Source of the DNA: Macrostomum lignano
Lineage: Eukaryota
DNA length: 64,000 bases
NCBI GenBank assembly: GCA_002269645.1
Contig: NIVC01002382.1
Span: 1-64,000, forward strand
Direction: 5' to 3'
The stretch's first letter is position 1. Each line of letters starts with the position of its first letter. The position numbers and the translations under genes are program-made. This document shows positions 1 to 11,698 of this stretch, in pieces. Below the pieces are notes generated by a model. The model had not been told where the DNA came from, did not search any database, and was given only the letters and a program-made list of their open reading frames with translations.

Positions 1-911
1 AAACAAAATAATTTGATCGATTATTTAGATTGTGTTGCTAGGCGGCCACAATAATCAAAAGTTCGTAATGCCCTTGGCACAATGTTTGCGTTCCGGAAAA
101 TTCGGAATCAAAATTCATTCGATTTATGACGGCAATTTATGACCTTCGTGGCCGCAATCGCTTGATGAAGACTGAAATTCATTAAAATTCTGATTCCGTT
201 ATCAGAGTTTTGGATGGCCAAGCAAATCTCTTGAAGGGATTATCTGTAAGCTGCTGCCGCTAATGCTGTTAATCTGACTCACTAGAAGGGCTCTGACCTG
301 CCTCCTCTCCTTAAATCCCGCGCGCAGCGCTTGTAATTAATGTCTCCCCTCTCGACTGGAAATGCCGGTCCAAATAAACAGTCCGCTTTACTTTGCATTC
401 CCCCCAATGGCTGTAGGCAAAGGCTTCAATATATTGCATATTATATACTGCCTGCCTGCAATACTAGTATTCAGGGCGGGACACTGCGAAGCTCTGATTT
501 CAAGGAAAACACGGCAGCAAATAGAGGGGAGGATGGGGGGGGGGTAAGTGGGTGGGGGGAAGGAAAGGAAAGGAGCGATCGGTGAAAAATGCGAATACAT
601 TTAGCATAGGCCTTCGCCGCACCGGTTCAGCACTGCGGAGAGATTGAGATACAGCATAAGGCATAGCATAGAATATAACGGTTCGGCATTGAACAAAAAT
701 AGAGGCAGGAAGATGGCTTAGGCAAATTTTCTATTGGCCCATGGCCCCCATTGGATCGTATTGATTGCACAGTCACCTCGCCTCTGTAGCGCAGCTGCAG
801 CATGCATATAAATGCATGCAACCGGCACTAGCCCGGCAAGCCTGCCTGCACACTGACTGTCCTGAATACCGCTTCATCGGCCAGTCTTTCTTTGTCAAGC
901 AACTCTGCACA

Positions 912-3900
912 ATGCTGCTGTTGAGGGCCCTCATTCTGGCTTTGCCAGCTGCTGCGGCTCTGGTGACCTCTGACTCCAGCTGCAGACAGGCGGCAGTCCC
1001 GGCCGACTGCTCTAGGAGGGACCTGCGCCGCTGCGGCCGTCCGATAGCCAGCCGGTGCCAGTCGGCATCGCCGAGCATGCCCAGGCCTCGGTGGTGCCGT
1101 TGCTGCATCGACTGCGACACCGCTAGACTTGGCGCCGATGCCGGCGCCACCGTAGGCGACAAGACCAGCTCGCGGCGCCAACTGCGACGGCGACTGCGTC
1201 GACTTGTGCGACGTCTCGGCGCTAATCGCGACGCAGCTGACGGTCGGCGGCTGCCAGCAGCCCGGCGCGACCGGATGATGGAGCAGCTGCTGGATCTGGA
1301 GCTGCGCCTGCTCAGCCTGAGAAAACGCAGGCGCAAAAGTGCAAAAAGAGGCCGAAAGAAAAACACAAGGAATGCAGCAGCAGCTGAGACTGCAGTCTCG
1401 GCAGGCAAAAGCAAAATTGGAGGCGGCCGCGGTGCCTGGAGCCCTGGCAGTCTGGAGCAGCAATATTTTGTTGACAGACCGGCCTCTCAAACAGGTGCGG
1501 CCAACTCAGCTGAGAACGGCACTGAGGCCAGCTCAGGCCGGATTCTGGCTTTGATGAGCTATCTGGAGGGGCAGAGGACGGATAAAGTGAAAGGTAGGTG
1601 GCTTGGTGTGTACTATAGGTTCCGGGTTCGATGCACGAGCAAAACTATTAAAGTACTTTCAAAAGCCCAAAACTTGGTAACCTGAAACTTCATAATTCCT
1701 AGCCTATACACGGAGTGCTTTATTATAACAACCGTTTGGGGTTGCTGGGGTTGCAAATTTCTGAATCGCCCAAGTGGTTTCACATTCACACGCTCACACA
1801 GGGTGAACAGCGGCCCTGACTTTTTAATTGTCAGGCATTTACACTCTGTGTGCCCTGGGGGTTGGCCCTCATGGCTGTGAATCGCACTTCAACCATGGGT
1901 CAATTTTTCGTTCACAAGCCCCAAGTGAATGAGTGTTTGCGCACGGAATCGAACCAAGGGATCGCGGCCCGAGAGTCAGGCGCCTTTGCCGCGAGCTGCT
2001 CTGCATTTCGAACCTATCGATCTACTCTCGTAATTAAAAAATGCAAAATTAAACAGTCTTCAGTGTAGAGAGTTAAGTGTTGAAACGCTCATCAACTGCT
2101 ACACCTGTGTTGTTCGGATTTTAACCTCGAGTTGAAAAAATTGCGCAGCGACTCTGGCAATTTTAACGCACTGCAAATTTCAAACCATATTTATAGTTAC
2201 GCGTGCAGTCGGCGGGAGTGCAGAGCGCGCAGTTGCGTCAATCAGGGCTTGCCATGCAATTTGGCCTGGCCAGACTATTTGCATAGCAACTAGGTCTGTC
2301 ACCAAATCTATGTGAACCATTAATTAGATCTAGGCACAGTTTAGATTAGAAAACCATAAACTGGCCTGCGAAACAAGGACTGTCAGCTACAGCTGACCTG
2401 CCCAAAGTGCCATTAGGGGGGGGGAAGTGAAGTTCAGTTCCTGATTAAGTGTAGTTGGGAATTTTTGTAGTGCTTCCCGTGATAAATTTGAACCGGAAAT
2501 CTTGAGGAAAAGTTCCAAAGTTTAAAAACCTAACCTATTGACTCAAGAAGACAGAGACAGAATGGATGGAATTCTAGCAAAATTTATCAAAGACATGACA
2601 CAAGCCAGGTTGCAACTGCCCTGAAGGCTTCACATTTTTTTCTTTGAAAATTTAATAATCTGCCCCCTCTCGTGCACATTTACTAATAGTAGTACAATAA
2701 AAAAATAATATTCAAACCCCATATTCGAGCTGTCAACCGTTCGCAATGCTAAGCAAAAAAGCAAAGCATTCAAAACGAAACAAATGTGGGTCCCGGTCGC
2801 ATCTTTTAGGCTTGAAAATTTCTATACACCTCCTGTGTATAGCTATAGGGTATATTTTTATTGTGCACTAAACAACAGGAAGAGAGCAATGATGCCAGTT
2901 CGCTGGGGCGAAAGACTGACTCCCTCTCTGCCTTTCTCTCTCACTGTACGAGCCAGCTGTTTTTCACCCCCATTGTGTTGTAAATAAGCCTATTGAGCGT
3001 CTCATTGAAAGGCAACAATAAGGTTGCTCATCGAGTCCATGCAGATATAAGAGGCGAACGCAGTGCAATAAAAATGTGCAAAGACAGCGCAGCAGGCTGC
3101 AACACTGGAAGAGCCAAAGGCACGCAGGCCGGCCACCGCCATGATTCCCGCCGCGCTAGTCGAAGCCGTCCAACGGGACAGCGTCGATGCTCTGCGCCGC
3201 CTGCTGACCTCCACGCCGCCGTCGCCCGACACTCTGTCGGCTGCCCTGGCGCTGGCCGCCGCCCTGCCCTGCCAGCTGGAAACGGCGGCCGTCTTGCTGG
3301 AATTCGGCGCCAACCCGGAGCGCGCCTTGGCCCTGGTAGCCGCCTGCGATCAGGACAGGCGCGACTGTCCGGAATTGGCGCGCCTATTGGTGGCGCGCGG
3401 CGCCAGCGTCAACCAGGTCAGCCGGCCGGACGGCAAGCCGGCGCTGCTGCTGGCGGTGCGGCGCGGCCACGCGGGCCTGACGCGCCAGCTGATTGAGGCT
3501 CGAGCCGACGTCAACCTGGCTGAGCCGAATCTCCGCTGGACGCCGCTGCTGGCTGCCGTCAGCATCGACCGGCCGGATCTGGCCAAGCTGCTCCTGGATG
3601 CCCGCGCCGACCCCAACGCCATGAGCTCGGACGGCACTGCGCTGGCAATGGCCGCCTGCCGCGGCCATCCCGGCCTCGTCCGCCTCCTGCTCGATCGCCG
3701 AGCCGATCCGAATCTCTGCGCACCCGTTGACCCGGATGCGAAACCGGATGCGGACCAGGACGCTGATCCGGACGATCTGGACAGCTACAGCCCGCTGGCC
3801 TACGCCGCCTGCAACGGGCACCGCGAGTGCGTGGAGCTCCTGCTGCGAGCCGGTGCGCGGCCCGACACCCCGACAAGCGCACTGGGCCGCACGCCGCTAA

Positions 3901-6900
3901 TCCTGGCCGCCCTGAACGGCCACGCCGGCGTCGCTGCCGCCCTGCTGGCCGCCGGCGCCAACCCGAATCTGGCCGAACCGCTCCACCGCTGGACGCCGCT
4001 AGTAACGGCGGTGCACACCGACGCCGTCGAGGTTGTGAATGTCCTCCTGGCCGACCGGCGGACCGACGTCAACTGGCTGACCGACGACGGCACCGCTCTG
4101 GCCAAGGCGGCCGAGGCTGGCAACGTTGCCTTGGTGACGCGCTTGCTGTCGGCCGGGGCAGACGCCGACAAAGCCGACGAGGTGGACGGGCACACGCCGC
4201 TGATGTGGGCGGCCCAGTCCGGCCACGCTGGAGCCATCGAGCGCCTACTGAGCCGCGGTGCCCGGCCGGAGCGCGAGAACTCGGCCGGCCAGTCGGCCAT
4301 CCTGCTGGCCGCCTGCAACGGCCATGCCGCGGCTCTGGAGCAGCTGCTGAGGCGCTCGGAAAGCAGCGCCGCGAAGCAGCAGGCGGTCAACGCCGCCATG
4401 CAGGCCGTGGCTGGCGACGCAGGCAGGCAGCTGGAGCCGGGCGTGGCTCGGCGCATTCGCAACCTGATGGAGACGGCTCGGGAAGAGTGAGTGCTCGGTT
4501 TGTTTGCTTTTAGCTCTGCCCATTGATACGGGTCTGCGAGAATTGTGCGATGAGCTTAATCTACAGGGGGCGCCAGCTACAGGGGGGGGCACCAGCTACA
4601 GAGGGGGCACCAGCTACAGGGGGGCACCAGCTACAGAGGGGGCACCAGCTACAGAGGGGGCGCCAGCTACAGAGGGGGCACCAGCTACAGGGGGCACCAG
4701 CTACAGAGGGGGCACCAGCTACAGGGGGGCACCAGCTACAGAGGGGCACCAGCTACAGAGGGGGCGCCAGCTACAGAGGGGCACCAGCTACAGAGGGGGC
4801 GCCAGCTACAGAGGGGGCGCCAGCTACAGAGGGGGCACCAGCTACAGGGGGGCACCAGCTACAGAGGGGGCACCAGCTACAGGGGGCACCAGCTACAGAG
4901 GGGGCACCAGCTACAGGGGGGCACCAGCTACAGAGGGGGCACCAGCTACAGAGGGGGCGCCAGCTAGAGAGGGGGCACCAGCTACAGAGGGGCGCCAGCT
5001 ACAGAGGGGGCGCCAGCTACAGAGGGGGCACCAGCTACAGGGGGGGCACCAGCTACAGTAGGGCTGGCTAGAAAAGTCCAGGACGCTGGCTGCTTACCGA
5101 CAACCTATTTCACGAGTAGAAGATAAGATTAGGCAGGAAAATCTCATAAATTCCGGGGTGAGTTCTCATGCTCTCATAGAAAGGCTTGACTAGATTGATT
5201 TTCCACTCGCTGTCTTGGTGCCTAAATAAAGGTAAACAAGTCTCATTTAAATAGTCCAGACTCAGTATTATGTTCACTTGAAGTACATTTGTTGGATTCA
5301 GATTGACTTCTTTTCGCGTCATAGATTTTATTTTAAATCCGCTCGTAATTCTTCACCATTTCAGAGTGGTGGAGAACCAGAGCAACAATCTGGTTGGCGG
5401 TCTGGTCTCGCCAAAGTCGGGCCGCTCTGTCAGGGACAGCAGCGGAGTTCCCGGCCAGCCGCCGCCGCCTCCGCCGCTGTCGCCGCCCCTGCAGCCCCTC
5501 CCGTAGTGAGCGGCACCATGACCCGACTGATCAGCAGCCAGACGGTGCTGCCACAGTGAGTTCTCAAAGAGGGTAGCTGAGATGCCAACTCTCAAAGAGG
5601 GTAGCTGAGATGCCAAACTCTCAAAGAGGGTAGCTGAGATGCCAACTCTCAAAGAGGGTAGCTGAGATGCCAAAACTCTCAAAGAGGGTAGCTGAGATGC
5701 CAACTCTCAAAGAGGGTAGCTGAGATGCCAAAACTCTCAAAGAGGGTAGCTGAGATGCCAACTCTCAAAGAGGGTAGCTGAGATGCCAACTCTCAAAGAG
5801 GGTAGCTGAGATGCCAACTCTCAAAGAGGGTAGCTGAGATGCCAACTCTCAAAGAGGGTAGCTGAGATGCCAACTCTCAAAGAGGGTAGCTGAGATGCCA
5901 ACTCTCAAAGAGGGTAGCTGAGATGCCAAAACTCTCAAAGAGGGTTGCTGAGATGCCAAACTCTCAAAGAGGGTTGCTGAGATGCCAAACTCTCAAAGAG
6001 GGTAGCTGAGATGCCAAAACTCTCAAGGAGGGTAGCTGAGATGCCAAAACTCTCAAGGAGGGTAGCTGAGATGCCAAAACTCTCAAAGAGGGTTGCTGAG
6101 ATGCCAAAACTCTCAAAGAGGGTAGCTGAGATGCCAACTCTCAAAGAGGGTAGCTGAGATGCCAACTCTCAAAGAGGGTAGCTGAGATGCCAACTCTCAA
6201 AGAGGGTAGCTGAGATGCCAAAACTCTCAAGGAGGGTAGCTGAGATGCCAACTCTCAAAGAGGGTAGCTGAGATGCCAAAACTCTCAAAGAGGGTTGCTG
6301 AGATGCCAAACTCTCAAAGAGGGTTGCTGAGATGCCAAACTCTCAAAGAGGGTTGCTGAGATGCCAAACTCTCAAAGAGGGTTGCTGAGATGCCAAACTC
6401 TCAAAGAGGGTAGCTGAGATGCCAAAACTCTCAAGGAGGGTAGCTGAGATGCCAAAACTCTCAAGGAGGGTAGCTGAGATGCCAAAACTCTCAAAGAGGG
6501 TTGCTGAGATGCCAAAACTCTCAAAGAGGGTAGCTGAGATGCCAACTCTCAAAGAGGGTAGCTGAGATGCCAACTCTCAAAGAGGGTAGCTGAGATGCCA
6601 ACTCTCAAAGAGGGTAGCTGAGATGCCAACTCTCAAGAGGGTAGCTGAGATGCCAACTCTCAAAGAGGGTTGCTGAGATGCCAAACTCTCAAAGAGGGTT
6701 GCTGAGATGCCAAACTCTCAAAGAGGGTAGCTGAGATGCCAAACTCTCAAGGAGGGTAGCTGAGATGCCAAAACTCTCAAGGAGGGTAGCTGAGATGCCA
6801 AAACTCTCAAAGAGGGTTGCTGAGATGCCAAAGCTCAAAGAGGGTTTACTCGTAGAAAAGTACAAAGATCTTTCACTCGCAATTGCTAAAACCTAAGTTC

Positions 6901-9900
6901 CGATTTTTTATCGCCATTTTCATCCCCAGCGGCTTCCTGCAGAGCCTGGACATCCGCCGCGACACCCTTCGGTACCTGAGCCAAGGTCATTTCGGCTGCG
7001 TCTACCAAGCCCAGCGCGCTGACGGTCACTACGTGGTGCTCAAAGTGGTGTCCGCTCCATTTCGGCCCAACCAGCCTGACCAGGCTAGCTCAGTCTCCGA
7101 GGCCAACCGGCGCGAGGTCGAACTGATGCAGGCGATGAGGCACCGGAACATTGTGCAGTTCTACACCGCCCAGCTGGTGCCCGGCTCGCTCGTCATCTGC
7201 ATGGAGTACATCCACGGCGAGAACCTCCGGCTGTACAGGCAGCGCCTCGGCAGCCTGGCAGAGTCATTGATCGTCAATTACCTGAGCCAGATCTGCCACG
7301 GCCTGAACTATGTGCACAGCCAGAATGTCTGTCATCGCGATGTCAAGTGCGAGAACATCATGCTGCAGCTGTCCACCGGCCTGGTGAAGATCATTGACTT
7401 CGGCTTGTCAAAGAAGATTCACGCCACTGAAGTGTACCATTCAGGAGTTGGCACCCTGCTGTGGATGGCCCCGGAGGTGCTGCTATTTGCCGAGGATCCG
7501 ACACGTCGTCGGCGGCGCTACGACCCGAAGGCCGCCGATGTGTACTCGCTCGGCTGCAGCCTGCACGAGCTGTGCACCGGGGTGCCGCCGCTGTACAGCG
7601 AGGAGGGCCCGGGCTTCCTCAAGTGCCTGTACCACGCCAAGCGGACCGATGAGCCGCTGCCCGAGGACGCCCTGCTGCGCTGCGGCATGAGCCAGAGCCT
7701 CCGCTCCTTCTATGCGGCCTGCGTAGCCAAGAATCCATTGGCCAGGCCGACCCTGCCGCAGCTGCTGGCGCATCCCCTCATTGTTGGAGCCGCCTACTGA
7801 CTCCTCTATTTAATGTATTGTTGCCGACTGACGGACCTTGGCGTTCACGAGTTCTATTAGAAATTCTGTTATTCAGACTGTACGGCTTTTTATTGAGAAA
7901 TTTATTCCAGCTGCAGATGCTAAAATATACAGCTCGAATTTATTGTTGGCTTGCTATCTTATAACTGATAGAATTCAATGGAGAGTGACAGTATTATCAG
8001 ATATTTACAGTACTATCAACAGTACTATCAACAGACTATCTACAGTGCTATCTACAGTACTATCTACAGTACTATCAACAGACTATCTACAGTGCTATCT
8101 ACAGTACTATCTACAGTACTATCAACAGACTATCTACAGTACTATCTATACAGTACTATCTACAGTACTATCTACAGTACTATCAACAGACTATCTACAG
8201 TGCTATCTACAGTACTATCTACAGTACTATCAACAGACTATCTACAGTACTATCTATACAGTACTATCTACAGTACTATCTACAGTACTATCTACAGTGC
8301 TATCTACAGTACTATCTACAGTACTATCTACAGTACTATCAACAGACTATCTACAGTACTATCTATACAGTACTATCTACAGTACTATCAACAGACTATC
8401 TACAGTACTATCTATACAGTACTATCTACAGTACTATCTACAGTACTATCTACAGTACTGTCTACAGTACTATCTACAGTATTATCTACAGTGCTATTTA
8501 CAGCACTATCTACAGTAATATTTACAGCAGTATACATCGACTATGATTATGATCAATTATGATATCTGCGGGCAGAGCAGCCCCGGCAGTTCGTGCAGTT
8601 CACAGCCATGAGGGCCAACCCCAAGGCACAGAGAGTGTACATGCCTGACGGTTAGAAAGTCAGGGCCACTGTACACCCCGTGTGTGAGTTCCTATTATGA
8701 TTTATTTTTAAAAAACTTAAATTTACTGCCAAGGCATAATAAAAGTTGCCGCCGAATCTCCACGCAGCCACCTGCCGTTCGGTGACCTGCAGCTGGGACA
8801 AGGGCCAGCTGTGCCTGGTAAACATCCAGGACCTGCCAATCTGCAGCTGCGTCACCAACGATCGCTGCCTCGCAGAACGGCGCAGACTTCGTCAACGCCG
8901 ACGCAACGGACGTCGCCGATCGGGAAGGCGTCGAGGTCGTCGGCGGCCGCGTCGCAACGGTTTGGACGGCCGGTCGAATGTCACGACGACGGAGTCGACG
9001 CCGCTGATTAAGCGGCAGTTCTTTGGCCGGGTCTGCGCCCTGCTGAGCGGCCTGCCTGCCGAGCGCAGCTACACCAGCCTCTGCCACATGCAGGCCGCCG
9101 CCTGCGCCAGCGACTCGCAGGTGAGCAGTCAGGGCGGCTGGATTCTCGAGAGTCAATTTGAGAACAGCACTGATTCTGTTTGAGAACAGCACAGATTCTG
9201 TTTGAGAACAGCACAGATTCTGTTTGAGAACAGCACTGATTCTGTTTGAGAACAGCACTGATTCTGTTTGAGAACAGCACTGATTCTGTTTGAGAACAGC
9301 ACAGATTCTGTTTGAGAACAGCACTGATTCTGTTTGAGAACAGGCCTAAATATGCTTATAAAGAGCAATAAATCTGTTGAAAACAGTTTTTTAAGCCTAG
9401 ATTAAAATCCCCCCAAGGGAGAATCGCCCCAAAGCACAGGTGAGAATCGCCCCAAAGCACAGGTGAGAATCGCCCCAAAGCACAGGTGAGAATCGCCCCA
9501 AAGCACAGGCAGAATCGCCCCAAAGCACAGGTGAGAATCACCCCAAAGCACAGTGAGAATCGCCTCAAAGCACAGGTGAGAATCACCCCAAAGCACAGGT
9601 GAGAATCGCCCCAAAACACAGGTGAGAATCACCCCAAAGCACAGGTGAGAATCGCCCCAAAGCACAGGTGAGAATCGCCCCAAAGCACAGGTGAGAATCA
9701 CCCCAAAACACAGGTGAGAATCGCCTCAAAGCACAGGTGAGAATCACCCCAAAGCACAGGTGCGAATCGCCTCAAAGCACAGGCAGAATCGCCTCAAAGC
9801 ACAGGTGAGAATCACCCCAAAGCACAGGTGAGAATCGCCTCAAAGCACAGGTGAGAATCACCCCAAAGCACAGGTGAGAATCGCCTCAAAGCACAGGTGA

Positions 9901-10349
9901 GAATCGCCCCAAAGCACAGGTGAGAATCACCCCAAAGCACAGGTGAGAATCGCCCCAAAACACAGGCAGAATCGCCCCAAAGCACAGGTGAGAATCGCCC
10001 CAAAGCACAGGTGAGAATCACCCCAAAGCACAAATGAGAATCACCCCAAAGCACAGGTGAGAATCACTCAAAGCCCATGTGAGAATCCTTCTGTCACTGC
10101 AAGAAAATCAAATTACAGTCTCAGCCAAGACAATTCACATTCAACCCAAAACTGAAAACAACTCCAATTAAGGTTCTGCGCCTGTCCAATGGCGCCTGCT
10201 CCAATCACGACCCGGAGTCGGAGGCCCTGGAGACTCTCACTAATCAAACGTGCGCCAGATGCCAGGCGCGCGGTTGGCGCGGCAGAGGCTGCAAAAAATG
10301 GCGCCGCAAATGCCGGAGGCCGCCGGTTCTGTCAAGTGACGAATTCTGA
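912..10349 (+). CDS. Secreted basic follistatin/Kazal-domain protein; proposed exons 912-1593, 8768-9120, 10173(or 10125)-10349
   Basis: Exon 1 has ATG 912, a signal peptide (MLLLRALILALPAAAA), a Cys cluster and a phase-1 donor AAAG|GTAGGT at 1593/1594. Exon 2 follows acceptor CACGCAG (phase 1) and encodes FOLN-like TCRSVTC..C..CSC plus Kazal VC..SYTSLCHMQAAAC, ending at CAG|GTGAGC. Exon 3 completes the Kazal domain (VLRLSNGAC) and stops at TGA 10347-10349. Exon 2-3 linkage is strong; exon 1 linkage is inferred from phase and shared Arg-rich composition. Confidence 0.65.
1785..2004 (-). mobile_element. tRNA-derived SINE, most complete copy of a family with 4 copies in the window
   Basis: Minus strand has a tRNA-like head with B box GGTTCGATTCC (1945-1955), a body shared with 8572-8690, 13809-13965 and 49857-49950, and a GTGTGAGCGTGTG-type tail. 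Confidence 0.7.
3141..4486 (+). CDS. Ankyrin-repeat protein, first coding exon (roughly 9-10 ANK repeats)
   Basis: 449-aa ORF with repeated TPL..AA..GH...V..LL..GADPN motifs. Donor GA|GTGAGT at 4486/4487 overlaps the in-frame TGA (4488-4490). Confidence 0.9.
4563..5057. repeat. ~18-bp minisatellite (CAGCTACAGAGGGGGCAC)n, intronic
   Basis: Tandem copies directly visible. Confidence 0.95.
5365..5554 (+). CDS. Linker exon between ankyrin and kinase exons (reading frame ambiguous)
   Basis: Acceptor CATTTCAG at 5364, GC-rich coding-like sequence and donor CA|GTGAGT whose phase 2 matches the kinase exon acceptor. Confidence 0.6.
5562..6845. repeat. 28-31-bp minisatellite (CTCAAAGAGGGTAGCTGAGATGCCAA(A)CT)n, intronic
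   Basis: Tandem copies start immediately after the splice donor. Confidence 0.95.
6930..7800 (+). CDS. Ser/Thr protein kinase domain exon, MAP3K/STE11-like
   Basis: Acceptor CATCCCCAG at 6929. Motifs: SQGHFG loop, VVLK, REVELM, HRDVKCEN, IIDFG, GTLLWMAPE, DVYSLGC. Stop TGA 7798-7800. The subfamily call is inference from GTxxWMAPE / TGxPP motifs. Confidence 0.9.
8000..8535. repeat. 12-bp minisatellite (TATCTACAGTAC)n
   Basis: Tandem copies directly visible; produces the spurious STVL/YYLQ ORFs. Confidence 0.95.
8572..8690 (+). mobile_element. Internally deleted SINE copy
   Basis: GCAGAGCAGC head start joined to the CACAGCCATGAGGGCCAACCCC...GTCAGGGCC...GTGTGTGAG body shared with 1785-2004. 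Confidence 0.65.
9160..9345. repeat. 22-bp minisatellite (GAGAACAGCACAGATTCTGTTT)n, intronic
   Basis: Tandem copies visible. Confidence 0.9.
9421..10085. repeat. 23-bp minisatellite (GGTGAGAATCGCCCCAAAGCACA)n, intronic
   Basis: Tandem copies visible. Confidence 0.95.
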
Positions 10350-11114
10350 GCAGTTCTGACTGCATCCTGGAGTCTGGTTGGCATCAAAAGTGAATAAAAT
10401 TCTTATTTGTTGTGAAGTTTCTTTTCCTGTTGTGTGCAGTTAAACAAAACTAATTAAAATAATTATTTTTCGCCCTAGTAGAAATGTAGCAAAGGCCGAG
10501 ATGCACTAGCGAGATAGGAATTGTTAGCACTTAAATTAAAAAATTGTCTGTGGTTGAAACCCCAATTATTGCAATACAATATTCTACATGTAATGTAAAA
10601 ACTTTAAAAATTCGAATTCCCTAACTCGCTAGACGCTAGTGCAGTTTGAGTTTGAAATGAAATTAAGTTGGCCTTCAAATAAACTTCCCTTTCTCTTACT
10701 ACCTGACTGGAATGAGGAAATCCTTTAGCAGGCTATTGATGATTGCCAATGAAAGAGATGAGAGAGAAGAGAGAAGAGAGCTGAGACGAGAGACAAGCCT
10801 TGAGCGGGCCTGGATTGCTATTGTGAAGTTTCAAAGTACCCGAGGGCTGGCCGGAGTTTAGAGCGTGAATTAAAGTCGGTCACAGTCATTATTTAATATT
10901 TATCTATCTATTTATTTATTTATTCATTTATTTTTTCACATAAGTCGACAACTCTCAGCCACAGATCTCTGAAACACTGCATGAATGGGCAAATTTTTTA
11001 GTTACTGATGATACTACTTACATTTGGGCGTCTGTTTAGAGTTTTGTCGTGATAGATTTGCGTTTCAAAAAGTTACTCAGCAGTCAAGCGAAATCTGCGT
11101 TCGGGAGTTTAAAT

Positions 11115-11698
11115 ATTGACTGCCGGCCATAGGTTAGGGTGGTTTAGGCTAGAGCTATGTTAAAGTTTAGGTTAGAGTTTATTTTAGGGTTTAGGTTAGG
11201 GTTTAGGTTAGGTTTTGAGTCAGAATTTAAGTTAGGGTTACAGTTTAGGTTAAGGTTAGAGTTTAGGTCAGGGTTACAGTTTAGGTTAAGGTTAGAGTTT
11301 AGGTCAGGGTTACAGTTTAGGTTAAGGTTAGAGTTTAGGTCAGGGTTACAGTTTAGGTTAAGGTTAGAGTTTAGGTCAGGGTTACAGTTTAGGTTAAGGT
11401 TAGAGTTTAGGTCAGGGTTACAGTTTAGGTTAAGGTTAGAGTTTAGGTCAGGGTTACAGTTTAGGTTAGGGTTAGGTTGGGGTTAGGGTTAGGGTTTTGG
11501 TTAGGGTTAGTGTTTAGGTTAGAGTTTAGGTTAGGGTTTAGGTTAGGTTTAAAGTTTAGGTTAGGGTTTAGGTTAGGGTTAGAGTTTAGGTTAGGGTTTA
11601 GGTTAGGTTTAAAGTTTAGGTTAGGGTTTAGGTTAGGGTTAGAGTTTAGGTTAGGGTTTAGGTTGGAGCTTAGGTTGGGCCCATGGTCGGCAGTCAAT
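11115..11698. mobile_element. TIR-bounded element filled with telomere-like TTAGGG-variant repeats
   Basis: ATTGACTGCCGGCCAT (11115-11130) and ATGGTCGGCAGTCAAT (11683-11698) are 15/16 inverted repeats. The interior is degenerate TTAGGG/TTTAGG with higher-order units. Confidence 0.6.

Noticed and set aside
773-4462. Long antisense ORFs over GC-rich exons
   Set aside because: They are shadow ORFs from high GC and codon bias; the sense frames carry the recognisable domains.
4504-8562. Repeat-derived ORFs (GAPATE, STVL, YYLQ types)
   Set aside because: They are translations of intronic or intergenic minisatellites.
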